A stretch of 64,000 nt of DNA from a virus (taxonomy: Duplodnaviria; Caudoviricetes), in the IMG/VR virus record IMGVR_UViG_3300031760_000028, positions 18,871 through 82,870 of that record; one strand, 5' to 3'. Made by a program: the position numbers and the translations under genes. The notes below the pieces were generated by a model. It was not told the origin of the DNA and searched no databases. It saw only the letters and a program-made list of their open reading frames with translations. Positions 29,287-40,009 of this stretch are shown piece after piece; within the stretch, counting starts at the first letter, position 1; every line of letters begins with the position of its first letter.

Positions 29287-32200
29287 TTAATGAGGTGCAT
29301 AATTATTATTTATCACAGAATAATCTTGTTGTAACCCATAGTTTTGTAATTCTAACAAAGCTTGATAAATTGCGTCAGCACTTCTTACTCCACTGAAATC
29401 TGCGTTAATAGTCATGCTGCGAGATATAGTATTGTTATCATTAGTAACCATACTTGCAAGAGTCTGAGCAATACCCGAACTAATTTGCATTAGTGCTTGA
29501 GACTGCGCGCCACCGCTCTTAATCAGAGCATCTTCAATCCCACTCGTATTAATAGTGGAGCTACCCACCATCTGTCTTAAGGCGGCAACTGCTTTTAATA
29601 TATTAGAAGTATCATTTTTATTTAAGATTAATTCTTTCTCATGGAGAATTCCAATCTTTCCAGAAGCGCCCCAGTCACCAGTATAACCTCCTGTATCAAA
29701 TTTAGGAATTGATTTATTGATAGACCAGTTTCCATCTTCTCTTGTAAAGTCTCGTTTCTTTAACCACTCTACTGTTTCATCTACACTTCTAGTCATAACT
29801 TGTAATTTATTATCTATGTAGATGCCATACCCTCCAGCACCATAAGGACTTGTTTGAACAACAAATTTAGGGTGAGATGTAAATAAAACTGGACCGGCTG
29901 CGTCTCCTCCCGTGCCAGTATTTGAAGGCGAAGCAGGAGTTTTATTTTTAGAAGCGATACTAGGTGTTATGCGTGAAGCACTATCTGCTGCACTAACTGC
30001 GGCTCTAATTTGCTGTAACGTATTAATAGTTGTATTAGCTAAAACTTGCATTGCGTTATTAGCAGATTGAATAGCGCTCACCGCAGCTCTCTCTAAATTA
30101 TAATATTCTGTCTCAATAGCTTTGAGATTATATTCTTGTTCTCTTAATTGGTCATTAATATTGTCAAGAGTAGCTGATAATTCTTCGTTTGTACCAACTA
30201 AATCTTCTAAGCTATCTTTAACAGGATCAACACCATTATCTTTAAGATGCTCATAATTTACTCCAGCCTCTGTTAAAATCACAGAAGTTCTTTCTGCATA
30301 TTGCTCTTGTGTTGATTCAAGTTCGTTGATTGCTTTAGTTACAGATGTTATAAATCCATCTTGAGAGCCTCCCCCAACCCAAGTATCAACTAATTGACGC
30401 ACAGTTGTTTGCGCAGTTGGTAAAATAGCTGCATTATCTACTTGAGCAAAGAATTGCGCAGTACCTTGATATAAGTCTTGTTTGTTTTTTTCTGCTTCTC
30501 CAAAGGCTGCTACAATTTCTTCTTGGTTTCTTTGGTATAACTCTTTTAGAACTTGCGCTCTTTCAGATTCACCATTTTTCTCGGCTTCATCAATTTCTTG
30601 TAATAAAGTAGACTGCTTTTTTTGTAAATCAATTATCCAATCCGATGTTTCTTTATATCTTTTCTTTACAAGCTCATACCAAGCTTTTTTCGCTGTTAAA
30701 CCGCCTTGTTCAGCTTGTTCAATAGCTTGTTCGTCACCAGTATATTGATAACTATAATTACCTTGACTATCTCTACGAAGCCTCATATTACTCTTATTTT
30801 TTTGAGCATCTTCAATAGCGATTTGTTGCTTTAAAATCTCTAATCTTGCTTTAGACTCTTCAATATCATAAGAAGTTAATTTTTCTTTCTCGTTTAATTT
30901 CTTTAACTCCTCATCTCGGAACCTATTGAGTTTCTCTTGATTGGCGGCAGTTAATCCAACCGCTTTAGCGGCCTCGTTAAGAGTGTCTGTATAACTTTCC
31001 ATCTCAATAGCTCGTTCAACATTATCTAAATACTTGTCTGAGTAGTCGTTAATTAATTTCCATTCTTCTTCGACGGTATCTAAGCCAAAACCATCAGACA
31101 TTGCTTTGTCTAATACATCCTCTATTGAAGCAATTTGATTTTTTCTCCACTCCTCTAAATGCTTTAACGAGCCTTCAACAGTCTTGTCTAAATCGCTAAC
31201 TGCTTTAGCATAATTTTCACTTGCTTTTTCTAAACTATCTGAATATGTTTGCCATTGTACAGTATTCTTATCAGTTACTTTTAAGAGTTCTGTATATTTA
31301 GCGATTTCATCTTTCCAAAAATCTTGAGATTGTCTTTGAGTATTAATTAAATTTAAATCATTTTTATACTGTTGGTCTAAAAATCTTTCAAGAGGCTCGA
31401 ATGATTTTTCTCCGCTAACTAATTTAATTAATGCAATATCATGCTCAATTTGGTCTCCAATTTGATTCCATCCCGCAACTTGTTTATTAATTTTGGTCTG
31501 AGCATCCTCAAGCATTTTTAAATAAGTAGTTGAAATACTTTTAACTTCTTGTTTTGCGGATTTCAAAGCATCCATCAGTTTATTTCTATAATTTTCCAGA
31601 TTTTGCTTAGAGGCTGCTGAATCATCTCCAAATAAGCTATCTTCACCACCCCTATTTGCGGAAGCTATTTGCGCCTGAACCTCTTGCACCGTATCAGCCA
31701 AATGATTAGTTAATACTGCGACCTCACTATTAACATTATCTCCAATAAGAGTATTTAATTTACCTAAGCTCTTTGCGATCTGTCCACCAAAATCAGTATC
31801 TTGAACGTCTTGAACAACATCATACCAAAAATCATTCCATTCTTTTTCTGCGTCATCCAATTCTAAATGCACATCTACCATATTATTGAAAAGCTTAATT
31901 TCGTTTTCAATTTCTGCATAATGAGCATCTAATAATGAATCAAGAGTTGATTGATAGTCAGAAAATTTACTTTCATAATCATTGATTTTATTTTCAATTT
32001 TATTAATTCTATCTTTTTCTGCATCTAATTGGTCTTTATAAGTCTCTTGTTCCGCTGCAGATAACGCATTGTAAGTATCAACCATTTCGTTATAATGAGC
32101 ATACAATGCATTTAGTTGACCTTCCGCATTAGTCATGGAGCTTCCGTCATCCGAAAAAACAACACCTTCATACTCCAACTGTTTTCTTCTAGTTGCTAAA

Positions 32201-35200
32201 TCAGCTTCTTGTAACCTTTTTTTCTGTTCAAGCTTTTGTAATTGAGTATCTAATAATTTATTTTCTTCTTCTAAAGTCTTCTGCGCATCAAGACCCCATT
32301 CATGATCATTAATTGTTTGAATACGGCTTAATGTACTTTCTATTTGATTTAGTTCCTCGTTAATAGACTTAAGAATATCTTCTTCTCTTTCAAGGTGTTT
32401 TTCAGTTTTTGGTTCTGTTGCCTTTTTAGAAGCACTTGATTTAGCTTTTTCGTTTTTCCCAAGAAGTTTACTTGTCGGTTGCGCTGCTACAGAATTAATT
32501 AACTGCATACGATTATAGTATGCTTGCGTAACCTCTTTTGTTGCCGCGCTATTTTTTAACGCAGCATCCTTAGCAAGAGCAAGCCCGTTTAAAGCGTTAA
32601 TACCTCTGCCGCACGCTTCAATTACGTCATTAATACCAGCAATCGTATACTGATGTTCAGCATTATACATATTTTGAGCGGCGGTTACGTTCTCTCCCAT
32701 CGCAATAGCACTTAACTCATTCATATACAATTCTGTTGCTTCAATGCGGGCTTGTTGCAATTTAGCTTGCGCTAATTGCTGCATGGTTTCTTCGTTTAGC
32801 GACATCTGCCCATTTTGCAACTGTAAAGAAGCAATATATGAATCATCCATGGTTAATAACTGTTGAAGATTATCTAAAGATATTGTTCCTGTTGAGTTAT
32901 ATTCTTCAACAATACCTTGCAAAGTTTGGTAACTAGATTGAAGAGTATCTAAATCACTATTTAATAATCCGATAGATGTTTTTAAATCTGCGATTTGCTG
33001 TAAGTAATTAACTGTTGTTGAAATAGCATCTTTTTGCTCTTGCTGCAGTTCAGATTGATGTTGTTCTGCGACCTGTAATTCGTTTGATACCTTTTTTAAC
33101 TCTGGTATACTTGATGAAAAATTTTGAATATAAGAAGCTAGTTCATCATAAGTACCATTAAACCCTTCAAATAAGGTTTTTAAGACATCTTTATTTTTGA
33201 ATTGATCAAATACTTCATCATATTTTTCCATAACGACGGCTATATCGCCTTCGCTCTCGTTAAGAATGTCACGCAGTTGTGACATTGCTTCGCCATACTC
33301 TTGAGTTACTTCAGAAATATCTAGATTACTTGTATCGACTCCTTGCATCTGTAGCTGGCCTTGAACGTTCTGTTCTTCAACTTGTGTTAAATACTCTAAC
33401 CGTTCTTTGCTAGCAGCTAATTCTTCAACTCTTGTATTAGTTTCACCAATAGCCTTGTCTAATTGAATATTATTCTGTTCTATCTCAGCGAGTTCTGCTT
33501 GAGACAATGATTGTATTTTTGCAATTTCTTGTTGTTTACTTTGTACTAAAGCGTAATATTGATCGCTTTTGGACATGGTTGAAAATCGCTCTGGAGATAC
33601 TCCTATGTCAATCGTATCATCTGTAAATAAATTGTTTAATGCTTCTTTAACATCTTTATTCTTAGTATTAATATCTCCATTTAAAACAATATCAATATTA
33701 GCAACATGATCTTTAGCTTCAGCAATTTCTAAAGAATTATTTACTTCATCTAAGATGGTTTGTAAATCTGTTCCATCTTTAATTAAGTGTCCAAATAAAT
33801 CAATATGCGCTGCGATATATGATAAATCACTATCGTCAACATTATTTAATCGTTCTAAAATTGAATCAACATTGACTTGTTTTCCATCCTCGGATATACT
33901 ATCTATAATATCCTTCATCGCTTGAGCTATAGTATCTTTCTGATCGAAAGTTTCAAATTCTTCACTGTAACCAGCTAAGAAATTCTTTGCCCAAGCTCTG
34001 CCGTCCTCTTCACCTGCGGCAGTCGCCTCTTCAGCTAAAGTATTTAATACTGTTTCGTAAGAAGGAAGATTTGTGATACCTTCTATGTCTTCTTGATGTT
34101 TATACCCAATATCAGTTAATGTAGCTTCATGAGTAGCTTTTCCAGCAGTCTTAGTTTCTTGAATAATGTCTTGATTATCAGATATTATTTTACGAATTTG
34201 AGTAACGGCTTTTAAATTTTCATATTTACTTAATAATGCTTCTAATACAGTAGAATCAGTCGTTAATAATTTTTCTAAATTATCATAAGTAATATGACCC
34301 CATTCATCTATGACTTCTTTATCTGAATGAAGAATTTGTCGCACTTCTTCTCTAAAATCTTTATTATTATTAAAAAGACCAAAACCACTTAAATCATAAT
34401 GTTCTCCATCATCTTCCGTCATCTTGGCTTGGCTTTTTATGCTAGACTTCAAAGCTAGCTTATAACTACCCTCAGTTTCTTGAGATTGTCTTAGAACATC
34501 TTCATTAGCCGCAGCTTGTGCTCTTTTAATACTTTCTTCAAGATTATCATAATCTCCGCTTAAGGCTTTAATAATTAAATCTTGATCCCCATAAGCACGT
34601 ACTAATTCATAAATTTGACTTTGTTGAGCTTTTGAAAATTGATTATCCGCTTCTCTTTGAGCCTTTAAATCTGCGTAAGCCTTAGCCAAATTATCTATCT
34701 CTTGTTGTTCTTGTTTAGATGAATCTAATTTTTCTTTTTGTGATTCAGCAAGACTCTTATTCGCCTCTGCCGCATTTTCTAAGGATTGCTTATATGATTT
34801 ATAAGCAGCTGTAGCAACTGTAACTGCCGCCGTAATTCCTGCAATAGCCCAGCCTATTGGTCCAAGAGTCGTGAGAAAAGTCTTTAATCCACCTGTAACC
34901 GCAGTAATTGCACCCTTCAAGCTAAGATTAGATATTGTTAACTTATCTGTAACTGCTTTCCATATTTGCGTCACAGTTAAATCTTTTGTTTCAACTCCAG
35001 TTAAGATACCTATGGTTGTTACAAGTCCTTTAGCAGCAGAAATTAACATCGGAAGAGTAAATACAAGAGAACTTGCTATTTTCTGCGCTTTCTCTAATCC
35101 ATCTAAATCTTCATCAGCTATAATTGAACCTATTTCACTTGCTGAAGAAATAACAAAAGCAAGTTGTGATAATTGTCCAATTAGTTGAGTCGCGGCTTGC

Positions 35201-37587
35201 ACTTTACGCTCTGTTGCAAGCGCATCTAGTTCAAGTGCTTGGCTTGCGCCATTAATCGCCTCTGTATAAGCTTCTTCTGCCGCTTTACCATCTTGCAGTA
35301 ATTTAATAAATTTTTGTAATTGCTCATCAGTTAAATTTAAGCTATTTTGAAATTCATTAATACCTTTCAAATCATCTTTTGTAAAGTCTTTTTTAGTTCC
35401 TTCACTAATCTCTTGAACTTTCTTGTTAATTTTTTCTAATGCTGTTTGAGCTTTATTAAAAGATTTATCATCTATTAATTTTAAGTCTTTTAATTTTTGA
35501 AGTTTTGGCATCATTCCAGTCAAAGACTCCATTTGCTCTTGTATAGATTGTAAAGCGTCTGTCTTGCTTTTACTGTTTTGTTTTGCGGCATTGTAAGTAT
35601 TAACATTTTTAATTAATTCTGTAAATGCTCCATTTATATTATTAAGAACTTTTTGGTCTTGCGCAAGACCATCTTGCAAAGTTTTATTCTGGGTATTACC
35701 GGGAGTCATATAAGTGCTCGCGCCTACTTTTATAGCGTCTTGCTCGTGCTGACTACCAACTAATTTAATATACTCTTCAAGCTCTTGTTTAGTTTTTCTG
35801 ATTTCTTCTCGCTTATCCGCCCATTCGCCAGCTTCACGAATTATATTTTGACCTTTATTAAATTGCGTTTCTGTCATTAAATCTTTGTATTGCAGAAACT
35901 CTTTATTTAATTTTGTCATTGTTTCTGCGGCTGCGGTTCCAATCTCTCCAGATGCAGCTTGCGCATTTATATTATTAGTAATTTGATCTAACACTTGCTC
36001 ATTCGCTTTAACAGCTTCCATATTTTGAAGTAAAGGTGTAAATATACCTTGAGAAAGCTGTTTGCTAAATACAGATGTTAGTGTTCCAGCCAGTCCTAAT
36101 AAAGCAGTTTTGCCACCGCCAATTAAATCAATGAACTTTGTTATTTTATCTAATAATTCAGTAAATTTATCTATTACCCCATTAATGGAGTCTGTATCTA
36201 AAACTGAATCATATAAGTCCTCCCACTGTGTCTTTAAGGTCTTTAAATGAGCGCCAACAGACTCTAAATAAACATTCTGTTGCTGTTGTAATGTTCCTTC
36301 CGCATTTTGAGACATCTCAAGAGAACTATTATACATATCCCAGTTATCAAATAATGCAAGTAAATTATTATATTGGCGCTTTCCGGCAATGGCTTGGGCA
36401 ATCGCGCTTTGTTGTGCTTTAGTCCAACCTTCCCACTTATTACCAACTTCCTCGATTACTTCTCCAAGATCTCTTAAATTGCCTGATGCATCTAAAACAT
36501 GGACTCCAATAGAATCAAGAGTAGAGGATACATCGCCTAATTTTATACCTTCTTCATCTTCTCCGCCAATCTTTAAATCTTCCATACGGGCGTAGATCGT
36601 CTTTAATGCGGTACCTGCTGATTCAGGCGCTTGTCGAGTAACAGATACAATAGTCGCTAACTGCGCATTTAATTGGTCTATGTCTACACCCATATTATTT
36701 GCGGCTGAAGCAACTTTAGACATACCTACAGATAATTCTTCGAGGTCTGCGGCGGTTCCTGCAGCAACGGCAGCTAATTTATCAACATACTTTTCAGTTT
36801 CTTCTGCGGTTACTTTATAACCATTCCAAACTGCTGTGAGCTGTTCTGAAACTTGCGCACCTGTTTGCCCGGTAACATTGGCTGCTTTAAGAGTTGTCTC
36901 AGCTCTGGCTTTAACTTCTTCATCACCTAAACCTTGCTGATAATAAATCAAGGAAGCTTCTGTGTAAGCAGTTGTAGACTGACCTAGATCTTTAGCGGCT
37001 TGGTTTGCAGATCTTGCAAAGCGGTCCATCTCTTCTGCTGATTTGCCAGTTACAATACGAATATCATTTAATGAAGTGTCTAAATGTTGAACATACCCAA
37101 AAGCCTGCTGAAACACGCCTACAAAATTATTAATGAGCGATGAAGAGACTGACCATTTTAAACTGTTAACTAAAGTCTGCCCCATCTTATCTAATATATT
37201 AGATGTTTGTTTTAAGTTAACATTTGCAGTTAATGCAGCTTTAGATATATTTAAAAGAGCTTGTTGTCCTTGTGGACCAATAGCATTTAATCGCTGTTGA
37301 ACCTCTTGAAAACTAATGCTCTTTAATGACTCTTGAAGCTTTTGTAGATTAAGCACACCGGTAGTAGTGTCAAAACTTTTGTCTAAAGCAGGTCCGAGTT
37401 CTTCGGCGGCCTTCTGCACTTTTTTCATCGCGGAAAGCGCTTGCGCCATGCTTAAACTAGGGTTATCTATTTTAATTTGTGTCGCTGATAACTTACTAAT
37501 ATCAGTTAATTGCTTTTTTAAATCAGTTAATCCTGTCGGATCTACATTATACCGAATTGTATAATCTATATTGCCTCCATTTAACAT
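29287..37587 (-). CDS. Tail tape measure protein (2766 aa)
   Basis: TP901-like core (AAKDLGQST...YYQQG, VTRQAPESAGTALKT), long helical repeats and C-terminal KFDTGGYTG...LHEKELIL. Confidence 0.9.
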   Translation of the reverse strand: MLNGGNIDYTIRYNVDPTGLTDLKKQLTDISKLSATQIKIDNPSLSMAQALSAMKKVQKAAEELGPALDKSFDTTTGVLNLQKLQESLKSISFQEVQQRLNAIGPQGQQALLNISKAALTANVNLKQTSNILDKMGQTLVNSLKWSVSSSLINNFVGVFQQAFGYVQHLDTSLNDIRIVTGKSAEEMDRFARSANQAAKDLGQSTTAYTEASLIYYQQGLGDEEVKARAETTLKAANVTGQTGAQVSEQLTAVWNGYKVTAEETEKYVDKLAAVAAGTAADLEELSVGMSKVASAANNMGVDIDQLNAQLATIVSVTRQAPESAGTALKTIYARMEDLKIGGEDEEGIKLGDVSSTLDSIGVHVLDASGNLRDLGEVIEEVGNKWEGWTKAQQSAIAQAIAGKRQYNNLLALFDNWDMYNSSLEMSQNAEGTLQQQQNVYLESVGAHLKTLKTQWEDLYDSVLDTDSINGVIDKFTELLDKITKFIDLIGGGKTALLGLAGTLTSVFSKQLSQGIFTPLLQNMEAVKANEQVLDQITNNINAQAASGEIGTAAAETMTKLNKEFLQYKDLMTETQFNKGQNIIREAGEWADKREEIRKTKQELEEYIKLVGSQHEQDAIKVGASTYMTPGNTQNKTLQDGLAQDQKVLNNINGAFTELIKNVNTYNAAKQNSKSKTDALQSIQEQMESLTGMMPKLQKLKDLKLIDDKSFNKAQTALEKINKKVQEISEGTKKDFTKDDLKGINEFQNSLNLTDEQLQKFIKLLQDGKAAEEAYTEAINGASQALELDALATERKVQAATQLIGQLSQLAFVISSASEIGSIIADEDLDGLEKAQKIASSLVFTLPMLISAAKGLVTTIGILTGVETKDLTVTQIWKAVTDKLTISNLSLKGAITAVTGGLKTFLTTLGPIGWAIAGITAAVTVATAAYKSYKQSLENAAEANKSLAESQKEKLDSSKQEQQEIDNLAKAYADLKAQREADNQFSKAQQSQIYELVRAYGDQDLIIKALSGDYDNLEESIKRAQAAANEDVLRQSQETEGSYKLALKSSIKSQAKMTEDDGEHYDLSGFGLFNNNKDFREEVRQILHSDKEVIDEWGHITYDNLEKLLTTDSTVLEALLSKYENLKAVTQIRKIISDNQDIIQETKTAGKATHEATLTDIGYKHQEDIEGITNLPSYETVLNTLAEEATAAGEEDGRAWAKNFLAGYSEEFETFDQKDTIAQAMKDIIDSISEDGKQVNVDSILERLNNVDDSDLSYIAAHIDLFGHLIKDGTDLQTILDEVNNSLEIAEAKDHVANIDIVLNGDINTKNKDVKEALNNLFTDDTIDIGVSPERFSTMSKSDQYYALVQSKQQEIAKIQSLSQAELAEIEQNNIQLDKAIGETNTRVEELAASKERLEYLTQVEEQNVQGQLQMQGVDTSNLDISEVTQEYGEAMSQLRDILNESEGDIAVVMEKYDEVFDQFKNKDVLKTLFEGFNGTYDELASYIQNFSSSIPELKKVSNELQVAEQHQSELQQEQKDAISTTVNYLQQIADLKTSIGLLNSDLDTLQSSYQTLQGIVEEYNSTGTISLDNLQQLLTMDDSYIASLQLQNGQMSLNEETMQQLAQAKLQQARIEATELYMNELSAIAMGENVTAAQNMYNAEHQYTIAGINDVIEACGRGINALNGLALAKDAALKNSAATKEVTQAYYNRMQLINSVAAQPTSKLLGKNEKAKSSASKKATEPKTEKHLEREEDILKSINEELNQIESTLSRIQTINDHEWGLDAQKTLEEENKLLDTQLQKLEQKKRLQEADLATRRKQLEYEGVVFSDDGSSMTNAEGQLNALYAHYNEMVDTYNALSAAEQETYKDQLDAEKDRINKIENKINDYESKFSDYQSTLDSLLDAHYAEIENEIKLFNNMVDVHLELDDAEKEWNDFWYDVVQDVQDTDFGGQIAKSLGKLNTLIGDNVNSEVAVLTNHLADTVQEVQAQIASANRGGEDSLFGDDSAASKQNLENYRNKLMDALKSAKQEVKSISTTYLKMLEDAQTKINKQVAGWNQIGDQIEHDIALIKLVSGEKSFEPLERFLDQQYKNDLNLINTQRQSQDFWKDEIAKYTELLKVTDKNTVQWQTYSDSLEKASENYAKAVSDLDKTVEGSLKHLEEWRKNQIASIEDVLDKAMSDGFGLDTVEEEWKLINDYSDKYLDNVERAIEMESYTDTLNEAAKAVGLTAANQEKLNRFRDEELKKLNEKEKLTSYDIEESKARLEILKQQIAIEDAQKNKSNMRLRRDSQGNYSYQYTGDEQAIEQAEQGGLTAKKAWYELVKKRYKETSDWIIDLQKKQSTLLQEIDEAEKNGESERAQVLKELYQRNQEEIVAAFGEAEKNKQDLYQGTAQFFAQVDNAAILPTAQTTVRQLVDTWVGGGSQDGFITSVTKAINELESTQEQYAERTSVILTEAGVNYEHLKDNGVDPVKDSLEDLVGTNEELSATLDNINDQLREQEYNLKAIETEYYNLERAAVSAIQSANNAMQVLANTTINTLQQIRAAVSAADSASRITPSIASKNKTPASPSNTGTGGDAAGPVLFTSHPKFVVQTSPYGAGGYGIYIDNKLQVMTRSVDETVEWLKKRDFTREDGNWSINKSIPKFDTGGYTGDWGASGKIGILHEKELILNKNDTSNILKAVAALRQMVGSSTINTSGIEDALIKSGGAQSQALMQISSGIAQTLASMVTNDNNTISRSMTINADFSGVRSADAIYQALLELQNYGLQQDYSVINNNYAPH

Positions 37588-37627
37588 ATCCTTGTACCTC
37601 CTTTATAAAATTAAAAACGCTCTTATT

Positions 37628-37668
37628 ATATATAATAATAAGAGCGTCTTATTTAAAGTGTTTTGTCC
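37628..37668 (-). promoter_or_regulatory. Putative phage-specific promoter of the tape-measure gene
   Basis: GGACA (37668-37664)-N30-ATATAT (37633-37628), embedded in the ACGCTCTTATTAT inverted repeat. Confidence 0.6.
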
Positions 37669-37691
37669 ACCAATCTTTTATTTTATAACTT

Positions 37692-38213
37692 CTACTTGTC
37701 CTTTTGTGAATTACTTAAAGAATCCACCGCATTATTAATTATTGTTTTAAAATCTTCTTCATTTAAATATTTTACAGCATCTTCTATTTTCTCGATTAAA
37801 TTATTAAAAGTATAGGCAAATGATGTTCTTACTTTAATATTCAAATCTAATTGCTTTTCCACAAAATTCATTAATTCCGTGAATTCTGCTTCTGGAATAT
37901 GAGAAGTAACTGCACCTATAATACCATTACTATTTAAAATATCGAATAACTGCATTGGATTTGCTTTTTCTTCATCTGTAAATTCAAGATTTGTATAAAA
38001 ATATACTATATATAAATATACATAAGCATCTAAACGCAATGTATTATAAATATTACTATCTGCCGCCTGCTGTAAAGCTATTTGCACTAAAGATATTTTA
38101 TCTTCAATAGGTAAATACTTTTTAATGGTAATTGCTTTTCCTCCCGGAAGAGTAATAGATGTAACTGTCTTATCAATAGTAAGATTTAATGAACTAAAAG
38201 TAATATTATCCAT
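37692..38213 (-). CDS. Putative tail assembly chaperone
   Basis: 173-aa acidic protein directly upstream of the tape measure; assignment is positional. Confidence 0.45.
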   Translation of the reverse strand: MDNITFSSLNLTIDKTVTSITLPGGKAITIKKYLPIEDKISLVQIALQQAADSNIYNTLRLDAYVYLYIVYFYTNLEFTDEEKANPMQLFDILNSNGIIGAVTSHIPEAEFTELMNFVEKQLDLNIKVRTSFAYTFNNLIEKIEDAVKYLNEEDFKTIINNAVDSLSNSQKDK

Positions 38214-38250
38214 TGATTATTTTTCTCCTTTTTTCTTTTCTTCTTTTTTA

Positions 38251-38279
38251 TATTATAACAAAAATTTTTTTAATTGTCA
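38251..38279 (-). promoter_or_regulatory. sigmaA-type promoter inside the structural block
   Basis: Minus strand TTGACA-17-TATAAT, followed by a GGAG RBS of the 173-aa gene. Confidence 0.75.
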
Positions 38280-38286
38280 AGAAAGT

Positions 38287-39927
38287 CTAATTATTTTTCA
38301 TGTAGGCAAAAGGATTAATATGACCTTCAATAGAAGCAGAATTGATAGCATTATTTAATTCTTCTACTCGGCGGTTATGGTTATAAAAAGCATTTCCTTT
38401 GTTTAAATCATTCCACCATCCATTTCTTCCCGGAATAGAAAAAACTACTCCAGAGTTGGCAGTCATTGAACTGGTTGTATTCAAAGCTTTATTACTCTCC
38501 AATATCTTTTTCACAATATCCCACATACTTATAAGATTACCATTTACAAACATAAAAGTCGCAAAATCTTCAATGCCTCTTGCGCCGAATAAATATAAAG
38601 TAGCTCTAGTGAATAAAGCGTTTTGTAAAGCCTGTACTGCTGGAGTTAGGTCTTCCGCCTCTTGCCTCATTTCAGAAGGAGCTCCATTAGATGACCATGC
38701 CAAAGTATTGTATGCTAAATATTTTAATCTATCTTTTGAAGATTCTGTACTTATCAATAGGTTAAAAGCCGTATTTAAAGGTAAACTACCACCAGTTACT
38801 AAGTTTCTAGGAGTAATATTATTTTTCTTTCCTAACTCTAAAGTTTTATATGCTTTATTTGATAGTCCAATATCTAAAGTAATTTCTCCATAATTCGCAC
38901 CAAAAATTTGAGAAAGTGAAAGTTGTACATTATTAAATTTAACATCCGCTTTACCTTGCTTTTTCGAACCTATTTTTTCTTTACCAGCTCTTGTATAACT
39001 ACCTGACACGCCAGATGAAATTCTCTCAACAGAAGTTTGACCAGTAGATTTAATATTTTCCACTGTATTTTTAACTGTTACTGCTGATGTTTCAACGGCC
39101 GCTTCAGTTATCATCATTGCTGCGGACTCTCCTAAAACTGTAGAGAAGAAATTTCTATCTATACTATCTTTTAAATATTGTATTGTAATTGGTCGAGGGT
39201 CTTTAGGATTTAATGTACCTGATGCATCTCCCGTTGTTAATTTTGCAGCAATTTTATGTAAAGCGTTAGCCGCTTGTTGAAGCTGTTGTCCTTTTAAGGT
39301 AGAGCCATCAAGATTTAGACTTTGAAGTTTTACAGATAATTCTTTTCCAATATTATACAAACTAAGATCGTTATTAGTCTTTTGTAATTTCCCATTTACT
39401 TTATAAATCCCCCCAGCAGACCTAATTGCTGCGGCCATTGCTGATTCTTCACACCCTTCTAAAACTTCTATTGCTTCAGCAATATTTGCTAGTAATGAAT
39501 CAAAACCTTTCCACGGTTTTGCGTTAATATCAAGTTGCTTTTTTAAAGAGTCTGCCGAAGACTCCCAATCAATATTTTTCTGTATTTCTATTAATTTTTG
39601 AGCCATTGCAGAATTTAATCCTTTTGAAAAATGCTCTTGTAATACTTCATTTATTTTATCAATATTCCCATTATCTTTAAATAATTGTGAAACGGCTGCT
39701 CGGTCTTGACTAGAAACATTTTCTATAAATAATTCTTTATACTGTGTCTCTAGAGCTTCTTTAGCGTCTCTTCGTAGACTGTTAAAATTATCCACTAATG
39801 TTTTTACTTTAACAGGCTTCCCGCCATTCTTTATTGCACCTATTTGTTTTTGATGCAAATGAATATAAAAACCACCATATTCTATATAATTCAAATTTTT
39901 ATAGTAATCTGTTTGAATTTCACTCAA
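38287..39927 (-). CDS. Hypothetical protein (546 aa), possible PD-(D/E)xK-like fold
   Basis: TTG start; GKADV...IGLSNKAYK resembles a restriction-endonuclease-like active site (weak). Confidence 0.6.
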   Translation of the reverse strand: MSEIQTDYYKNLNYIEYGGFYIHLHQKQIGAIKNGGKPVKVKTLVDNFNSLRRDAKEALETQYKELFIENVSSQDRAAVSQLFKDNGNIDKINEVLQEHFSKGLNSAMAQKLIEIQKNIDWESSADSLKKQLDINAKPWKGFDSLLANIAEAIEVLEGCEESAMAAAIRSAGGIYKVNGKLQKTNNDLSLYNIGKELSVKLQSLNLDGSTLKGQQLQQAANALHKIAAKLTTGDASGTLNPKDPRPITIQYLKDSIDRNFFSTVLGESAAMMITEAAVETSAVTVKNTVENIKSTGQTSVERISSGVSGSYTRAGKEKIGSKKQGKADVKFNNVQLSLSQIFGANYGEITLDIGLSNKAYKTLELGKKNNITPRNLVTGGSLPLNTAFNLLISTESSKDRLKYLAYNTLAWSSNGAPSEMRQEAEDLTPAVQALQNALFTRATLYLFGARGIEDFATFMFVNGNLISMWDIVKKILESNKALNTTSSMTANSGVVFSIPGRNGWWNDLNKGNAFYNHNRRVEELNNAINSASIEGHINPFAYMKNN

Positions 39928-39951
39928 AAATAAACACCCCTTCTTATATAT

Positions 39952-39992
39952 AAAAAAAATGCGGAAAGTGCTTAAATAAGCACCCCCCGCAC
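39952..39992 (-). terminator. Terminator after the major tail gene
   Basis: GCGGGGGGTGCTTA...TAAGCACTTTCCGC followed by T8 on the minus strand. Confidence 0.75.
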
Positions 39993-40009
39993 CTTTATAT
40001 TGTCAATTA

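Noticed and set aside
37587-38213. Programmed G/GT tail-chaperone frameshift
   Set aside because: No XXXYYYZ slippery site or extended alternative frame was found at the end of the 173-aa gene, and a terminator-like repeat separates it from the tape measure.
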